Of a stretch of DNA of 64,000 nt, positions 1 to 9,486 are shown in pieces. The notes below the pieces were generated by a model. It was given only the letters and a program-made list of their open reading frames with translations, was not told the origin of the DNA and did not search any database. The stretch is from NCBI GenBank assembly GCA_963806225.1, contig CAWDXG010000004.1, positions 5,056,001 through 5,120,000 of the forward strand, read 5' to 3'. Source of the DNA: an uncultured delta proteobacterium (lineage in GTDB: Bacteria; Myxococcota_A; Polyangia; Polyangiales; Polyangiaceae). Each line of letters opens with the position of its first letter. Positions within the stretch are counted from its first letter, which is position 1. The position numbers were made by a program, and so were the translations under genes.

Positions 1-1533
1 CGCGACCTCGCCGCGAAGATGCCCTCCGGGGCGCGCCAGAGCGAGCTCGGGGCCGTGCGCCCCTTCCTCGACAAGGAGCAGGCCGCCGAGATCGCCTCCA
101 TCAGTCGCGACCTCGGCAAGATGGGCATCGACTGGAGCGCGCCGCCCGCGGACGTGAAGGCCGGCCCCAAGGCGAGCGACTACGAGGTCAAGGTCACTAC
201 CGACCGCAAGAAAGACACGGTCGTGGCGGGCGAGCCGATGACGCTCAAGGTGAGCGTCAAGAACACGAGCAAGGAGCCCATCTACCAGCTCCGTGCCATC
301 ACCAAGAGCGACGGCCCCTACTACGACCAGAAGGAGCTGGTGCTCGGCAAGATCGACCCTGGTCAGACCCGGACGGCGACGACGCCGCTCGGTTGGTGTG
401 ATGTCGACGGGCGCAAGCCCGGATCGACCAAGCCGCTGCCGACCGACGCCAAGCGCGTGTGCAAGCTGCCGCTCAACGCCGTGACGCGCCAGGACGTGGT
501 CAAGGTCCGCTTCAGTGCGGAGGGCGGCGCGCCGCCCCGCGAGATGGAGCTCCGGCCCACGGTCAAGAGCCTGCCGCGGCCCATCTTCGCCTACAGCTAC
601 CAGATCGCCGACAACCGCCCCGGCAACGGCGACGGTCAACTGGCGCGTGGCGAGGGCGCGACCGTCTACGTCACGGTGAAGAACGTCGGCAAGGGCCGTT
701 CCTACGAGACCCAGGCCAACCTCCGGAATCTCACCGGCGACGGGCTGTACCTGCGCGCCGGGCGCTTCAACGTCTCGAACATGAAGCCCGGCGACGTGCG
801 CAAGGTGGCGTTCACCTTCGATGTGCTGAAGGCCTTGCCGGACAACTTCGCCAAGGTCGAGCTCAGCATCGTCGACCGGGACCTGCGTGTGCTGGCGAAC
901 GAGAAGCTGACCATTCCCATCACCCACAACGGCCTCTTCATCAACAAGGCCTCGGGTCTGGTCTCGACCAAGGTGGACGCGCCTGTCCGCGGCCAACCGG
1001 TTGCCGCGTCGACCGTGATCGGCACCCTGGACAAGGGGGCGGTCGTCAAGCGTACGGGTGTTTTCGGGTCCTTCACCAAGGTTCTACTGTCGAAGGACCG
1101 TTTCGGCTTCGTCGAGACCAGCCGGCTCGCCCCGGGGCACGGCGCCGCGAAGGCCGTGTTCAAGCCGCTTCTGTCGCGTTCTCCGCCGATGCTCGAGGTG
1201 AATCCCGCGCAGCTGGCGACGCGCGCCGACCACGTGCGCATCCAGGGAACGGCGACGGACAACGACCGCGTGCTGGATGCGTACACCTTCGTCGGTTCGC
1301 AAAAGGTGTTCTACCGGTCGAACCGCAAGGGCAAGGACCCGAAGAAGTTCGACTTCTCGTTCGACGCGCACCTGCAGCCCGGCATGAACGTCATCACCGT
1401 GGTGGCGCGCGAGAACGAGGACACCGCCACCAGCCACACATTGGTCGTGCGCAGGGACGGGTCGCATGGCGAGGCGCTGCCCACGCCGAAGAACGAGCTG
1501 TTCGGCGAGGACTGGCAGTTCGGCAAGAAATAG
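1..1533 (+). CDS. C-terminal part of a large exported protein, probably a myxobacterial carboxyl-terminal (S41-type) protease with Ig/CARDB-like and SH3b-like C-terminal domains; 5' end outside window
   Basis: Frame is open from base 1. Ig-like 'LKVSVKN', 'GNGDGQLARGEGATVYVTVKNVG', SH3-like segment and final Ig-like 'LQPGMNVITVVARE'. The catalytic part is not visible. Confidence 0.5.
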   Translation, partial: RDLAAKMPSGARQSELGAVRPFLDKEQAAEIASISRDLGKMGIDWSAPPADVKAGPKASDYEVKVTTDRKKDTVVAGEPMTLKVSVKNTSKEPIYQLRAITKSDGPYYDQKELVLGKIDPGQTRTATTPLGWCDVDGRKPGSTKPLPTDAKRVCKLPLNAVTRQDVVKVRFSAEGGAPPREMELRPTVKSLPRPIFAYSYQIADNRPGNGDGQLARGEGATVYVTVKNVGKGRSYETQANLRNLTGDGLYLRAGRFNVSNMKPGDVRKVAFTFDVLKALPDNFAKVELSIVDRDLRVLANEKLTIPITHNGLFINKASGLVSTKVDAPVRGQPVAASTVIGTLDKGAVVKRTGVFGSFTKVLLSKDRFGFVETSRLAPGHGAAKAVFKPLLSRSPPMLEVNPAQLATRADHVRIQGTATDNDRVLDAYTFVGSQKVFYRSNRKGKDPKKFDFSFDAHLQPGMNVITVVARENEDTATSHTLVVRRDGSHGEALPTPKNELFGEDWQFGKK

Positions 1534-1540
1534 CCGGCCC

Positions 1541-2281
1541 ATGTCCGTGATGCGCTTGCACATCAACATCGATCACGTCGCAACGCTCCGCAACGCGCGG
1601 GGCACGAGCTATCCGGATCCCGTCTTTGCCGCCCAGCAGTGCGAGCTGGCCGGCGCCGACGGCATCACCGCGCACTTGCGCGAGGATCGCCGGCACATCC
1701 GCGACGACGACGCGGAGCGCCTGCGAGCGGCGATCACCACGCTGTTCAATCTGGAGATGGCAGCGACCGACGAGATGATCGAAGTCGCCCAGCGGATCCG
1801 TCCCGACGTGATCACGCTGGTGCCCGAGCGCCGTGAAGAGCGCACCACGGAGGGCGGGCTCGACGTGGTGAAGAACCGCGCGGCCATCGAGCGGGCAGCG
1901 ACCATGTGCGATCGGGCGAAGATCAAGCTCAGCCTCTTCATCGAGGCGGACGAGGCGCAGATCGACCAGAGCGCGAAGCTCGGCGCGCGGCAGATCGAGC
2001 TGCACACCGGCGAGTACTGCCTGGCGTCCGGAGAAAAGTGCGAAGCCGAGCTCGCCCGGCTCCGCCGCGCGGCGGCGTATGCGGCCGACGCGGGGCTCGA
2101 AGTGGCCGCGGGGCACGGTCTCACCCGTCACAACGTCATCGCCGTCGCTGCCATCCCGCACATCGCGGAGCTCAACATCGGACACGCCGTCGTCGCGGAT
2201 GCCGTACTGGTCGGGATGGATCGCGCAGTGCGCGATCTGTGGGCGGCCGTGCGGCGCGGGCTCGCGCTGCGCGGCGACTGA
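1541..2281 (+). CDS. pdxJ: Pyridoxine 5'-phosphate synthase
   Basis: INIDHVATLRNARG, GITAHLREDRRHI, TTEGGLD, ELHTG, AGHGL and ELNIGH motifs. Confidence 0.97.
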   Translation: MSVMRLHINIDHVATLRNARGTSYPDPVFAAQQCELAGADGITAHLREDRRHIRDDDAERLRAAITTLFNLEMAATDEMIEVAQRIRPDVITLVPERREERTTEGGLDVVKNRAAIERAATMCDRAKIKLSLFIEADEAQIDQSAKLGARQIELHTGEYCLASGEKCEAELARLRRAAAYAADAGLEVAAGHGLTRHNVIAVAAIPHIAELNIGHAVVADAVLVGMDRAVRDLWAAVRRGLALRGD

Positions 2282-2389
2282 GCTCGCGGGCACGACGCCC
2301 GGAGTCGATCGGCGAGGGCTCGACAGGAAGGCGGGAAGGCGGGAAGATCTTGGGGGTCGAGGGGTGGGACGGCAGAGTGCGGCTAATCC

Positions 2390-2413
2390 AGCGGGAGTGC
2401 GGCGCGTCCCGCT
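2390..2413. terminator. GC-rich hairpin between convergent pdxJ and the Coq4-like gene
   Basis: agcggga...tcccgct inverted repeat; no clear U tract. Confidence 0.4.
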
Positions 2414-3025
2414 TCAGGCGATGCGGCGCGCGTCGCGGCGGCGGCGGAGGTTGAGCGCTACGAGACCCACGGGCATGATGGGGACGAACAGGACGAGATC
2501 CACGAGGCCGATCACGAAGCCCGCGGAAAGCGCCAGCGCGAACCAGACAACGTCGCCCGGCGTTGCCCGGGCCCGGTCCGCTTCGCGTAGTCCTGTCCGT
2601 TCGCGCACCTGGGCCACGCTCTGGTCGAGCAGCGGTTCGAGCGGCAGGCCGTACAGGCTCCGGCTGTGGCGGCCGCGCACGAACGCGCGGAAGATGCGTC
2701 GCGGCATGTAGGTCGCGCCGCCGAACATGCCGGCGAGGTTGAGCTGCCACGCCACGACGAAGCCCTTGCAGCCCGCGGCGATCTCCCAGGCGGAGATCTC
2801 CATCTCGCCGTGGAAGTCCGTCCGGTACCCGGTCAGCATGTGGTGCAGGTCGTGGTAGCGCACAGCGCGCACGCGGGCGGCGCTGTTGGGAAAGGGGAAC
2901 GGGATGGGCCCGATCGTGAAATCGACCCAGGTGTCGCCGTAACCGCCGTCTTTGCCGAGCCCGTTGTTCTCGAAGTACTGTGAGCGGGCTTCACGTAGCG
3001 TGGTCGCGTCGTCACGTTCCGGCAC
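2414..3025 (-). CDS. Membrane protein with Coq4-like metal-binding motif
   Basis: HDLHH-x11-E (HDLHHMLTGYRTDFHGE) and a C-terminal hydrophobic hairpin. GTG start at 3025 is preceded by AGGAGG. Confidence 0.65.
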   Translation of the reverse strand: MPERDDATTLREARSQYFENNGLGKDGGYGDTWVDFTIGPIPFPFPNSAARVRAVRYHDLHHMLTGYRTDFHGEMEISAWEIAAGCKGFVVAWQLNLAGMFGGATYMPRRIFRAFVRGRHSRSLYGLPLEPLLDQSVAQVRERTGLREADRARATPGDVVWFALALSAGFVIGLVDLVLFVPIMPVGLVALNLRRRRDARRIA

Positions 3026-3045
3026 GGGTCGCCTCCTTTTCAAAA

Positions 3046-3063
3046 AAATGACTATAGTCACTT
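3046..3063. promoter_or_regulatory. Putative TetR operator 1
   Basis: Perfect 12-bp palindrome TGACTATAGTCA (3049-3060) in an AT-rich patch upstream of the Coq4-like gene. Confidence 0.7.
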
Positions 3064-3131
3064 ATATTGATCGGCGCTACCCGGAAATTCCAGGCCATAT
3101 GCTTGCATTCGCGCCGTTCCAGGCGAAGGAT

Positions 3132-3149
3132 TAGTGAGCGCAGTCACTA
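3132..3149. promoter_or_regulatory. Putative TetR operator 2
   Basis: TAGTGA-gcgcag-TCACTA inverted repeat; shares TGA-n4-AGTCACT with operator 1; abuts the tetR start. Confidence 0.65.
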
Positions 3150-3802
3150 TGTCGGGTCAGCGTGAGCGACAGAAGGCGGACAAGCGCGAGCGCATCCGCG
3201 ACGCGGCCTGGGACCTGTTCACGACGCAAGGCTACGCCCACACGACGACGCGGGAGGTCGCCGAGCGCGCGGGCATCGCGACGGGCACGCTGTTCCGCTA
3301 CGCGAGCGACAAGGCGGATCTGCTTTTCCTCGTCTATCACGAGCGGCTGTCCCGCGCTCTCGAGCGGGGCTTCGCATCCCTGCCGCGCGGGGGGCCGCTC
3401 GTCGACCAGCTCCTGCACCTGTTCGGGGAGTTCTTCCGGATGTACGAGGCCCACCCCGAGGTGGCGCGCGAGTTCGTCCGCGCCATGCCCGGCGCCGACG
3501 GACCCAACGCGCAGGCGCTCAACGGTCTCACGTTCGGCTTCCTGTACCAGTTGGCCGGGCTGGTCGGCGAAGCGCAATCGCGCGGCGAGGTCAGCCGGGC
3601 TGTCGAACCGATGCAGGCTGCCGCGAATTTCTTCGCGCTCTACTACGGGGCGCTGCTGGGCTGGCTCTCCGGCTTCTCGTCGCTGGAGGCTTCGCTGGAT
3701 CCCGTGCTGAAAAGCTCGCTCGGCCTGCAGATCCGCGGCCTACTACCGCACGACGACGACCCTCGACAGCCCCCGTCGCCGGGTGCAAAGTCGTCGCGAT
3801 GA
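3149..3802 (+). CDS. TetR/AcrR family transcriptional regulator
   Basis: N-terminal HTH: AAWDLFTTQGYAHTTTREVAERAGIATGTLFRY. Confidence 0.93.
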   Translation: MSGQRERQKADKRERIRDAAWDLFTTQGYAHTTTREVAERAGIATGTLFRYASDKADLLFLVYHERLSRALERGFASLPRGGPLVDQLLHLFGEFFRMYEAHPEVAREFVRAMPGADGPNAQALNGLTFGFLYQLAGLVGEAQSRGEVSRAVEPMQAAANFFALYYGALLGWLSGFSSLEASLDPVLKSSLGLQIRGLLPHDDDPRQPPSPGAKSSR

Positions 3803-4182
3803 TCGTCGGGCTCGGCATGGACGTCGCTTCCATCGAGCGCATCGCGCGCTCGCTCGAGCGCTACGGCGCGCGTTTTGCCGAACGCATCCTGACGCCGCGC
3901 GAGCGGGAGGAGCTGGCCGGGCGTCACGGCGACTATCCGAGCGCCGTAGCCGGGCGTTTTGCCGCGAAAGAAGCGCTCTCGAAGGCGCTGGGCGGGCCCC
4001 GGGACGTCTGGTGGCAGTCGGTGGAAGTGCGCCGTGGCGCGCTCGGCGCGCCGGAGATGCACCTCAGCGGGCCGGGGAAGGTGCACGCCGACCGCCTGGG
4101 CGTGACGCGCTGCTTCGTGACCATCACGCACGACGCGGGCGTGGCCGCGGCGGTGGTGGTGCTCGAAGCCGACCGTGCCTAG
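3799..4182 (+). CDS. acpS: Holo-[acyl-carrier-protein] synthase
   Basis: IVGLGMD, AGRFAAKEALSKALG, VTITHD. Confidence 0.95.
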   Translation: MIVGLGMDVASIERIARSLERYGARFAERILTPREREELAGRHGDYPSAVAGRFAAKEALSKALGGPRDVWWQSVEVRRGALGAPEMHLSGPGKVHADRLGVTRCFVTITHDAGVAAAVVVLEADRA

Positions 4183-4191
4183 GATGGTGTC

Positions 4192-5754
4192 GTGATTGTC
4201 GCGCTCTCCCGGGACCAGATCCGCGCGCTCGACGCCTGCGCCGCCGACCAGTGCAACGTCGCGGGCATTGTCCTGATGGAAAATGCCGGGCGCGGCGCGG
4301 CCGAGGTTGTCGAACGGCTGCTCGAGCGGCGTGCGCTCCACGGGCGGGGTCGCGTGCTCGTCCTGTGCGGCCCGGGCAACAACGGCGGCGACGGCTTCGT
4401 CGTAGCGCGCAGGCTCGTGGTGCGCGGTCACGAGGTGCGCGTCGTGCTGACGGCCAAGGCCGACCGCCTGAAAGGCGACGCGCTCGCCAACTACAAGGCG
4501 TGGACGGGGCTCGGCGGAGCGGTTGCGGAAATCCACTCCGACGCGGAGCTCGCGCGGCTGGACGGCGAGCTCGACGGCGCCGCGGTGGTCGTGGACGCGC
4601 TGCTCGGTACCGGGCTCGATCGCGACGTGGAGGGGCGCCTGCGCACGATCATCGAGCGCATCAACGCGGCGGACGTGCTGCGCGTCGCGCTCGACATCCC
4701 TTCGGGGCTGCACGCCGACACGGGCCGCGTGCTGGGCGTGGCGGTGCGCGCGCACGCCACGGTCACGTTCGCGCACCTCAAGCTCGGGCTGCTCGCGTCC
4801 ACGGGAGCCGAGCACGCCGGCCACGTCGAGGTGGCCGACATCGGCGTGCCGCCGTCGCTGCACGAGCGCGTGGGGCACGCCGCAACTGTCGTGGAACCGG
4901 CGGACGTAGCCCGGGCGATCGCGCCACGTCCGCTCGCCACGCACAAGGGCTCGGCGGGCCGCGTGATCGCCGTGGCCGGCTCGGCCGGCAAGACGGGCGC
5001 CGCGCTGCTGGTGGCGCGCGGAGCGCTCAGGTCAGGCGCAGGTCTGGTCAGTATCTGCACCTCGCCTGAAGCGGCCGACTCGCTCGATCGGCGCGTGCTC
5101 GAGGAGATGACCCTGCGTGTCGATCCGGCGCGTCTCGAAGCGTCGCTGGACGAGCATCTCGCTGGCGCGGCCGCGGTTGCGGTGGGTCCCGGCATCGGTC
5201 TCGACGAGCACGCACGGAAAGTCGTCGACCACGTCGTGCTCGGCTGGGACGGCGTGAAGGTCGTCGACGCCGACGCGCTCACGCACTTCGGCGGGCGCGC
5301 CGGCGAGCTCGCCAAGGCGGCCGGCCATTTGATCCTGACGCCGCACCCGGGCGAGATGGGACGCCTGCTCGGCAGCAGCGGTACGGAGGTCGAAGCCGAT
5401 CGCTTCGGTGCGCTCCGCCGCGCGGTGGAGCTGACGCGGGCGGTGGTGTTGCTGAAGGGGGCGCGCACATTGATCGGCGCGCCGGGCGAGCTCCCGATCG
5501 TCAACTCCTCCGGCACTCCCGCCTTGGCCACGGCCGGGGCGGGCGACGTGCTCAGCGGGATCACGCTCGCGCTTGCCTGCAGCCTGACGCCGCATCAGGC
5601 GGCGTGGTGCGCGGCCTGGGTGCACGGCTGCGCGGCCGAAGCCTGGGCCGCCGAGGCGGGCGCCGACCGCGGACTTCTGGCCCACGAGGTGGCCGATCGC
5701 GTGCCCGGCGTGCTTGCCGGCCTGGCAAGCGCCGTTCGGCCGCTGCCACTTTGA
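4192..5754 (+). CDS. nnr: Bifunctional NAD(P)H-hydrate epimerase/dehydratase
   Basis: LMENAG, GPGNNGGDG, DALLGTG, DIPSG (YjeF_N); HKGSAG, DADAL, TPHPGE, AGAGDVLSG (YjeF_C). Confidence 0.95.
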   Translation: MIVALSRDQIRALDACAADQCNVAGIVLMENAGRGAAEVVERLLERRALHGRGRVLVLCGPGNNGGDGFVVARRLVVRGHEVRVVLTAKADRLKGDALANYKAWTGLGGAVAEIHSDAELARLDGELDGAAVVVDALLGTGLDRDVEGRLRTIIERINAADVLRVALDIPSGLHADTGRVLGVAVRAHATVTFAHLKLGLLASTGAEHAGHVEVADIGVPPSLHERVGHAATVVEPADVARAIAPRPLATHKGSAGRVIAVAGSAGKTGAALLVARGALRSGAGLVSICTSPEAADSLDRRVLEEMTLRVDPARLEASLDEHLAGAAAVAVGPGIGLDEHARKVVDHVVLGWDGVKVVDADALTHFGGRAGELAKAAGHLILTPHPGEMGRLLGSSGTEVEADRFGALRRAVELTRAVVLLKGARTLIGAPGELPIVNSSGTPALATAGAGDVLSGITLALACSLTPHQAAWCAAWVHGCAAEAWAAEAGADRGLLAHEVADRVPGVLAGLASAVRPLPL

Positions 5755-5823
5755 CACGCGCCCTGCGTCCCCTGGGACGCGCCTTGTGCCGCAGGATCGC
5801 GGGAAAATCCCCGTTGCGTGGCC

Positions 5824-5839
5824 TGGCACGTCGCTTGCG
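5824..5839 (+). promoter_or_regulatory. sigma54 (-24/-12) promoter
   Basis: TGGCACG-tcgc-TTGC matches the consensus, immediately upstream of an ECF sigma gene. Confidence 0.7.
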
Positions 5840-5852
5840 ATGTGCCCCGCCC

Positions 5853-6458
5853 ATGAACGCGATGATGACCTGGCCCGCCGACCCCCGAGCCGCGCACCGT
5901 GCCGCCGAGCCCATGGCCCCGGCCCCCAAGCCGCTGCGCGAGGAAATGCTGGCGGTGCTCCCGTCACTCAACGCCCGCGCGCTGAAGCTGTGCCGGAACC
6001 CGACCGAAGCGCAGGACCTGCTGCAGGACACCGTCGAGCGCGCGCTGCGTTTCGAGGCGAGCTACCGTCCCGGCACGAACCTGCGCGCGTGGATGCAGCA
6101 GATCCTGTTCAGCGTGTTCGTGACGCGCTGCCGGCGCCGCGGGCGCGAGCGGCGTGCGCTCGACTCGCTCACGCAGGACCCCTGCGCGTGGACGCGGCGC
6201 GACGCGCCGCCCGCGATGCGCGCGCTCTCTCCGCGGGTTGCAGGCGCCGTCGACGCGCTGCCCGATCAGTTCGCGGCGGTCGTGCGCCTGGTAGACATCG
6301 GCGAGCACTCGTACAAAGAGGCGGCCGAAAAGCTCGGCGTGCCGGTCGGCACCGTGATGAGCCGGCTGTTCCGCGGCCGTCGGCTGCTGGCGCAGGTGCT
6401 CGCGGAGCAGACCGCGTGCGTCGAGGTCGAGGTCGAGCCCACGGCGGAGGCCGCCTAG
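5853..6458 (+). CDS. ECF RNA polymerase sigma factor
   Basis: AQDLLQDT, GTNLRAW, SYKEAAEKLGVPVGTVMSRLFRGR; start codon uncertain. Confidence 0.92.
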   Translation: MNAMMTWPADPRAAHRAAEPMAPAPKPLREEMLAVLPSLNARALKLCRNPTEAQDLLQDTVERALRFEASYRPGTNLRAWMQQILFSVFVTRCRRRGRERRALDSLTQDPCAWTRRDAPPAMRALSPRVAGAVDALPDQFAAVVRLVDIGEHSYKEAAEKLGVPVGTVMSRLFRGRRLLAQVLAEQTACVEVEVEPTAEAA

Positions 6459-7231
6459 AACGTCTCGACCGTGCCGGACAGGATGCGATGACGCGTGCCG
6501 GCGTCGTCCTCGACGACGAGCGCGCCGTCGCGATCGACGCCCTGCGCGCTGCCCGCGACTCCCTCGATGCGCACGCGCCGGCCGCGCAGGGCATCGTGGC
6601 GGCGGAGCTCGTCCAGCATCGGCTCGAGCCCTGCGCGCTCGTAGCTTTCCACGCGCGCGCCGAGCGCCTCGAGCAGATCGACGAGCAGCACCTCGCGTCC
6701 GGGGTCGGCCGCACCAAGCAGCGACAGCGATGTCGCCGAGTCGCGGATCTCCTCGGGCAGCTCGCGCGTCCCGACGTTGAGTCCCACGCCGACCACCACC
6801 GCCGAGAGCTTGCCGGCGGCGAGTTGGCTCTCCACCAGGATGCCGGCGAGCTTGCGTCCGCTGACGAACACGTCGTTGGGCCACTTCACGCTCACCGGCG
6901 CTTCGATCCGCGGCGCGATAGCGTCCCGGACCGCGAGCCCTGCAGCGAGCGTGAGCGCGCTCAGCCGTTCGAGCTCCAGTCGAGGCCTGAGCAGCAGCGA
7001 GAACGTGAGGTCATCGCCCGGCGCGGCGCTCCAGCGGTGCCCGCGCCGGCCGCGTCCCTTGGTCTGCTCGTCCGCCACGAACGTCGCGCCGTGCGGCGCC
7101 CCCGCGCGCGCCGCCGCCATCGCGTCGTCGTTCGTCGAGCCCGTGACGGCGCGGTACTCGAGGGGGCGCCCCAGCGCCAGGCCGCGCTCCTGAAGCAGAG
7201 CCACGGCGCGCGTGCTGTCGAAGGCCGGCAT
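6455..7231 (-). CDS. birA: Biotin--[acetyl-CoA-carboxylase] ligase (no HTH domain)
   Basis: STND, QTKGRGRRG, KWPND, KLAGILVE, GVGLN. Confidence 0.95.
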   Translation of the reverse strand: MPAFDSTRAVALLQERGLALGRPLEYRAVTGSTNDDAMAAARAGAPHGATFVADEQTKGRGRRGHRWSAAPGDDLTFSLLLRPRLELERLSALTLAAGLAVRDAIAPRIEAPVSVKWPNDVFVSGRKLAGILVESQLAAGKLSAVVVGVGLNVGTRELPEEIRDSATSLSLLGAADPGREVLLVDLLEALGARVESYERAGLEPMLDELRRHDALRGRRVRIEGVAGSAQGVDRDGALVVEDDAGTRHRILSGTVETF

Positions 7232-7311
7232 CGGGCCTAGCGTGTCGCGTCCTGACGGGCCGGGGGAAATTTTTCCGGCAACCGGCCAGGTCGGTGGCCG
7301 AGTAGGCGCGC

Positions 7312-8229
7312 ATGTCCGGTATCAGAGGCTTTTCCAGTTGTTCAGTAGCGCTGCTCGCTTTTGCGGGGGCAGCGCTGGTTTCCGGGGTCGCGGCCGCCCA
7401 GACGGCTCCGGCCCACGCCATCGCCGCCGAGCCCGTCGCAGCCGTTGTGGCCCCCGCACAGGCCGGCGGGCCCGCCCGAGCGACACCCTCCACCACGGCG
7501 CAGGCCAGCGGCGGGTACGGCTTGCAGACGCCGCAGGCCGACCAGGCCGCGAGCGCGGAGAGCGGAAAGGCTTCGCTGTGGCCCGCGCCGGGCCGCTTCG
7601 TCGGCGTGGCCAGAGCTGGTTTCATGCTCCAGGGCAGCGGCCAGTGGAAGACCGACTGCAGCTCCAACGCCGGAAGCTGTCGGGACTCGTCGTCGCAGTC
7701 CGGTTACGATGACGGTTCGCAGACGATGTTCGGCGTCGACGCGCTGATCCAGACCACGCACACGCTGCGTCTCGGCCTCGGCACGCAGCTGGTGACGGAT
7801 CCGACGTACAAGTTGTCCGGTGGGGAGTCGTTCCACTCCGGTACCGAGCTCACGGCGCAGGGCGTGGTCGAGTTCGTGTTCCCGACCTCCGCGCGCTTCG
7901 CGCTGACGCTGCGCGGCCAGGTGGGCGCCATGCTGCTCTTCGCAGGTCGGGATCATTCGGACAAGATCAAGAACGAGCAGGATGCCTGCTCGAGTTCGGA
8001 GTATCCGACGTGCAACGTCTTCGTCGGGCCGTACGCCGGTCCCACCGCAGGGCTCGGTGTCGGGACGGATTTCAGGGCGGGCAAGGTCGGTCTGCGCCTG
8101 GATCTGGTAAGCCAGTTCTATTCGCTGAAGATCGGCGGGATCAAGGCGGCCGCCGGGTCCGAGCGGGTGGACATCGCCGACACCGTGTCCGGCAGGCGCG
8201 TGTGGTTGTCGGCGGGTCTCGAGTTCTAG
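7312..8229 (+). CDS. Exported protein, probable outer-membrane beta-barrel
   Basis: Signal peptide, amphipathic beta strands, Cys pairs in loops, C-terminal ...LSAGLEF. Confidence 0.55.
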   Translation: MSGIRGFSSCSVALLAFAGAALVSGVAAAQTAPAHAIAAEPVAAVVAPAQAGGPARATPSTTAQASGGYGLQTPQADQAASAESGKASLWPAPGRFVGVARAGFMLQGSGQWKTDCSSNAGSCRDSSSQSGYDDGSQTMFGVDALIQTTHTLRLGLGTQLVTDPTYKLSGGESFHSGTELTAQGVVEFVFPTSARFALTLRGQVGAMLLFAGRDHSDKIKNEQDACSSSEYPTCNVFVGPYAGPTAGLGVGTDFRAGKVGLRLDLVSQFYSLKIGGIKAAAGSERVDIADTVSGRRVWLSAGLEF

Positions 8230-8301
8230 GCGGGAATGCGGCGACCGAGGCTTCGGGCAACGCGCTCCCGTCGCCGCGGGAAAGTCGGATAGACTGGCGG
8301 C

Positions 8302-9483
8302 GTGAGGAGGCTCGCGTTCCTGTTTGCCGTCGCGCTTGCCGGTTGCTCGAGCGGCAACCCGGCAAGCGGCGACGCATCGACCGGCGGCACATCGGCGGGC
8401 GGCGGAGCGAGCGGCGGTGCGGCGGGCCAGGGCGCGGGTGGCGCGGTGCAGAGCGGTGGCGCACCCGGGAGCGCGGGCCTGGACGGTGGTGGCGCGACGG
8501 GTAGCGGTGGTCAGGGCGGGAGCGGCGGAGTCGATGCGGGGCCGGGTTGCACACTCACCGACTCTGGGCCGCTGAGCGCGACGAGCGACGGGCAGGTGAT
8601 CGAGAAGCTCCGCATCACCAGCACGTCGGGCGCTGCGCTCACCATCCATGGTCACGCGAACGTCGTGGTGCGCGACGTCGAGATCCTCCACGCCGGCGGT
8701 CCGGGCATCGACGCGTCCAATGCGCCGGGGCTCCTCATCCAGCGCGTGCACGTGGTCCACACCGGGGCACCGCCAAAGGGCCCGAATCCCTCCGCTGATC
8801 TGGTCAACATCTCGATCTACTCGTCGGACAACGTGACCATCGAGCACGCCAGGCTTGAACGCGGCTCGAGCGGGATCTACCTGGTGCAGTCGCCCGGCGC
8901 GAAGCTCGGCTGGATCGAGGGACACGACTTCCGCGGGCCGTTCCCGCGCGGCCAGGTGGTCCAGTTCGACAACTCGCCGAACAGCTCGCTCGCAGACTTC
9001 TCGTGCGAGGATCCGCCGGACACCTCGTGGCCGGAGGACAACGTGTCGGTGTGGCGTTCGTCGAACGTGAGCGTGCAGCGTGGCTTCATCGACGGGAACA
9101 ACTCGCCGACCGGCGTGGGCGTGATGTTCGAGCTGTCCGATGGCACCTCGAGCGGCGGCCTGGCCGAGGATGTCGACACGGTCGACATGGGCAACGGAAG
9201 CTTCTCGGGCTACCCCGCGCGTGACGTCACCTTCCGCCGCACCCGGGCGCGCGACAACCACTGCAGCGGGCAGGCGGGCCGTGCGGCTCCGTCCTCGGGC
9301 TCGCTCGTGTGGGCCGGGAGCCCCGACTCCCAGAATCTCGCCATCGAGCAGTCGAGCTACTACGCGCTCTGCAATCCCCAGAACCTGGTCTGGGACAAGA
9401 GCGTGTTCACGACCGTCGACATCAGCAAGGCGGACTTCACGCCGCGTGCGCCGATCCGCGAGCACTTCTGCTGGGAGCCGTAG
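8302..9483 (+). CDS. Lipoprotein with Gly-rich linker and right-handed beta-helix (pectin lyase-like) domain
   Basis: Lipobox LAGC; repeated NVVVRDVEI / NVTIEHARL / NVSVQRGFI rungs. Confidence 0.65.
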   Translation: MRRLAFLFAVALAGCSSGNPASGDASTGGTSAGGGASGGAAGQGAGGAVQSGGAPGSAGLDGGGATGSGGQGGSGGVDAGPGCTLTDSGPLSATSDGQVIEKLRITSTSGAALTIHGHANVVVRDVEILHAGGPGIDASNAPGLLIQRVHVVHTGAPPKGPNPSADLVNISIYSSDNVTIEHARLERGSSGIYLVQSPGAKLGWIEGHDFRGPFPRGQVVQFDNSPNSSLADFSCEDPPDTSWPEDNVSVWRSSNVSVQRGFIDGNNSPTGVGVMFELSDGTSSGGLAEDVDTVDMGNGSFSGYPARDVTFRRTRARDNHCSGQAGRAAPSSGSLVWAGSPDSQNLAIEQSSYYALCNPQNLVWDKSVFTTVDISKADFTPRAPIREHFCWEP

Positions 9484-9486
9484 CGC

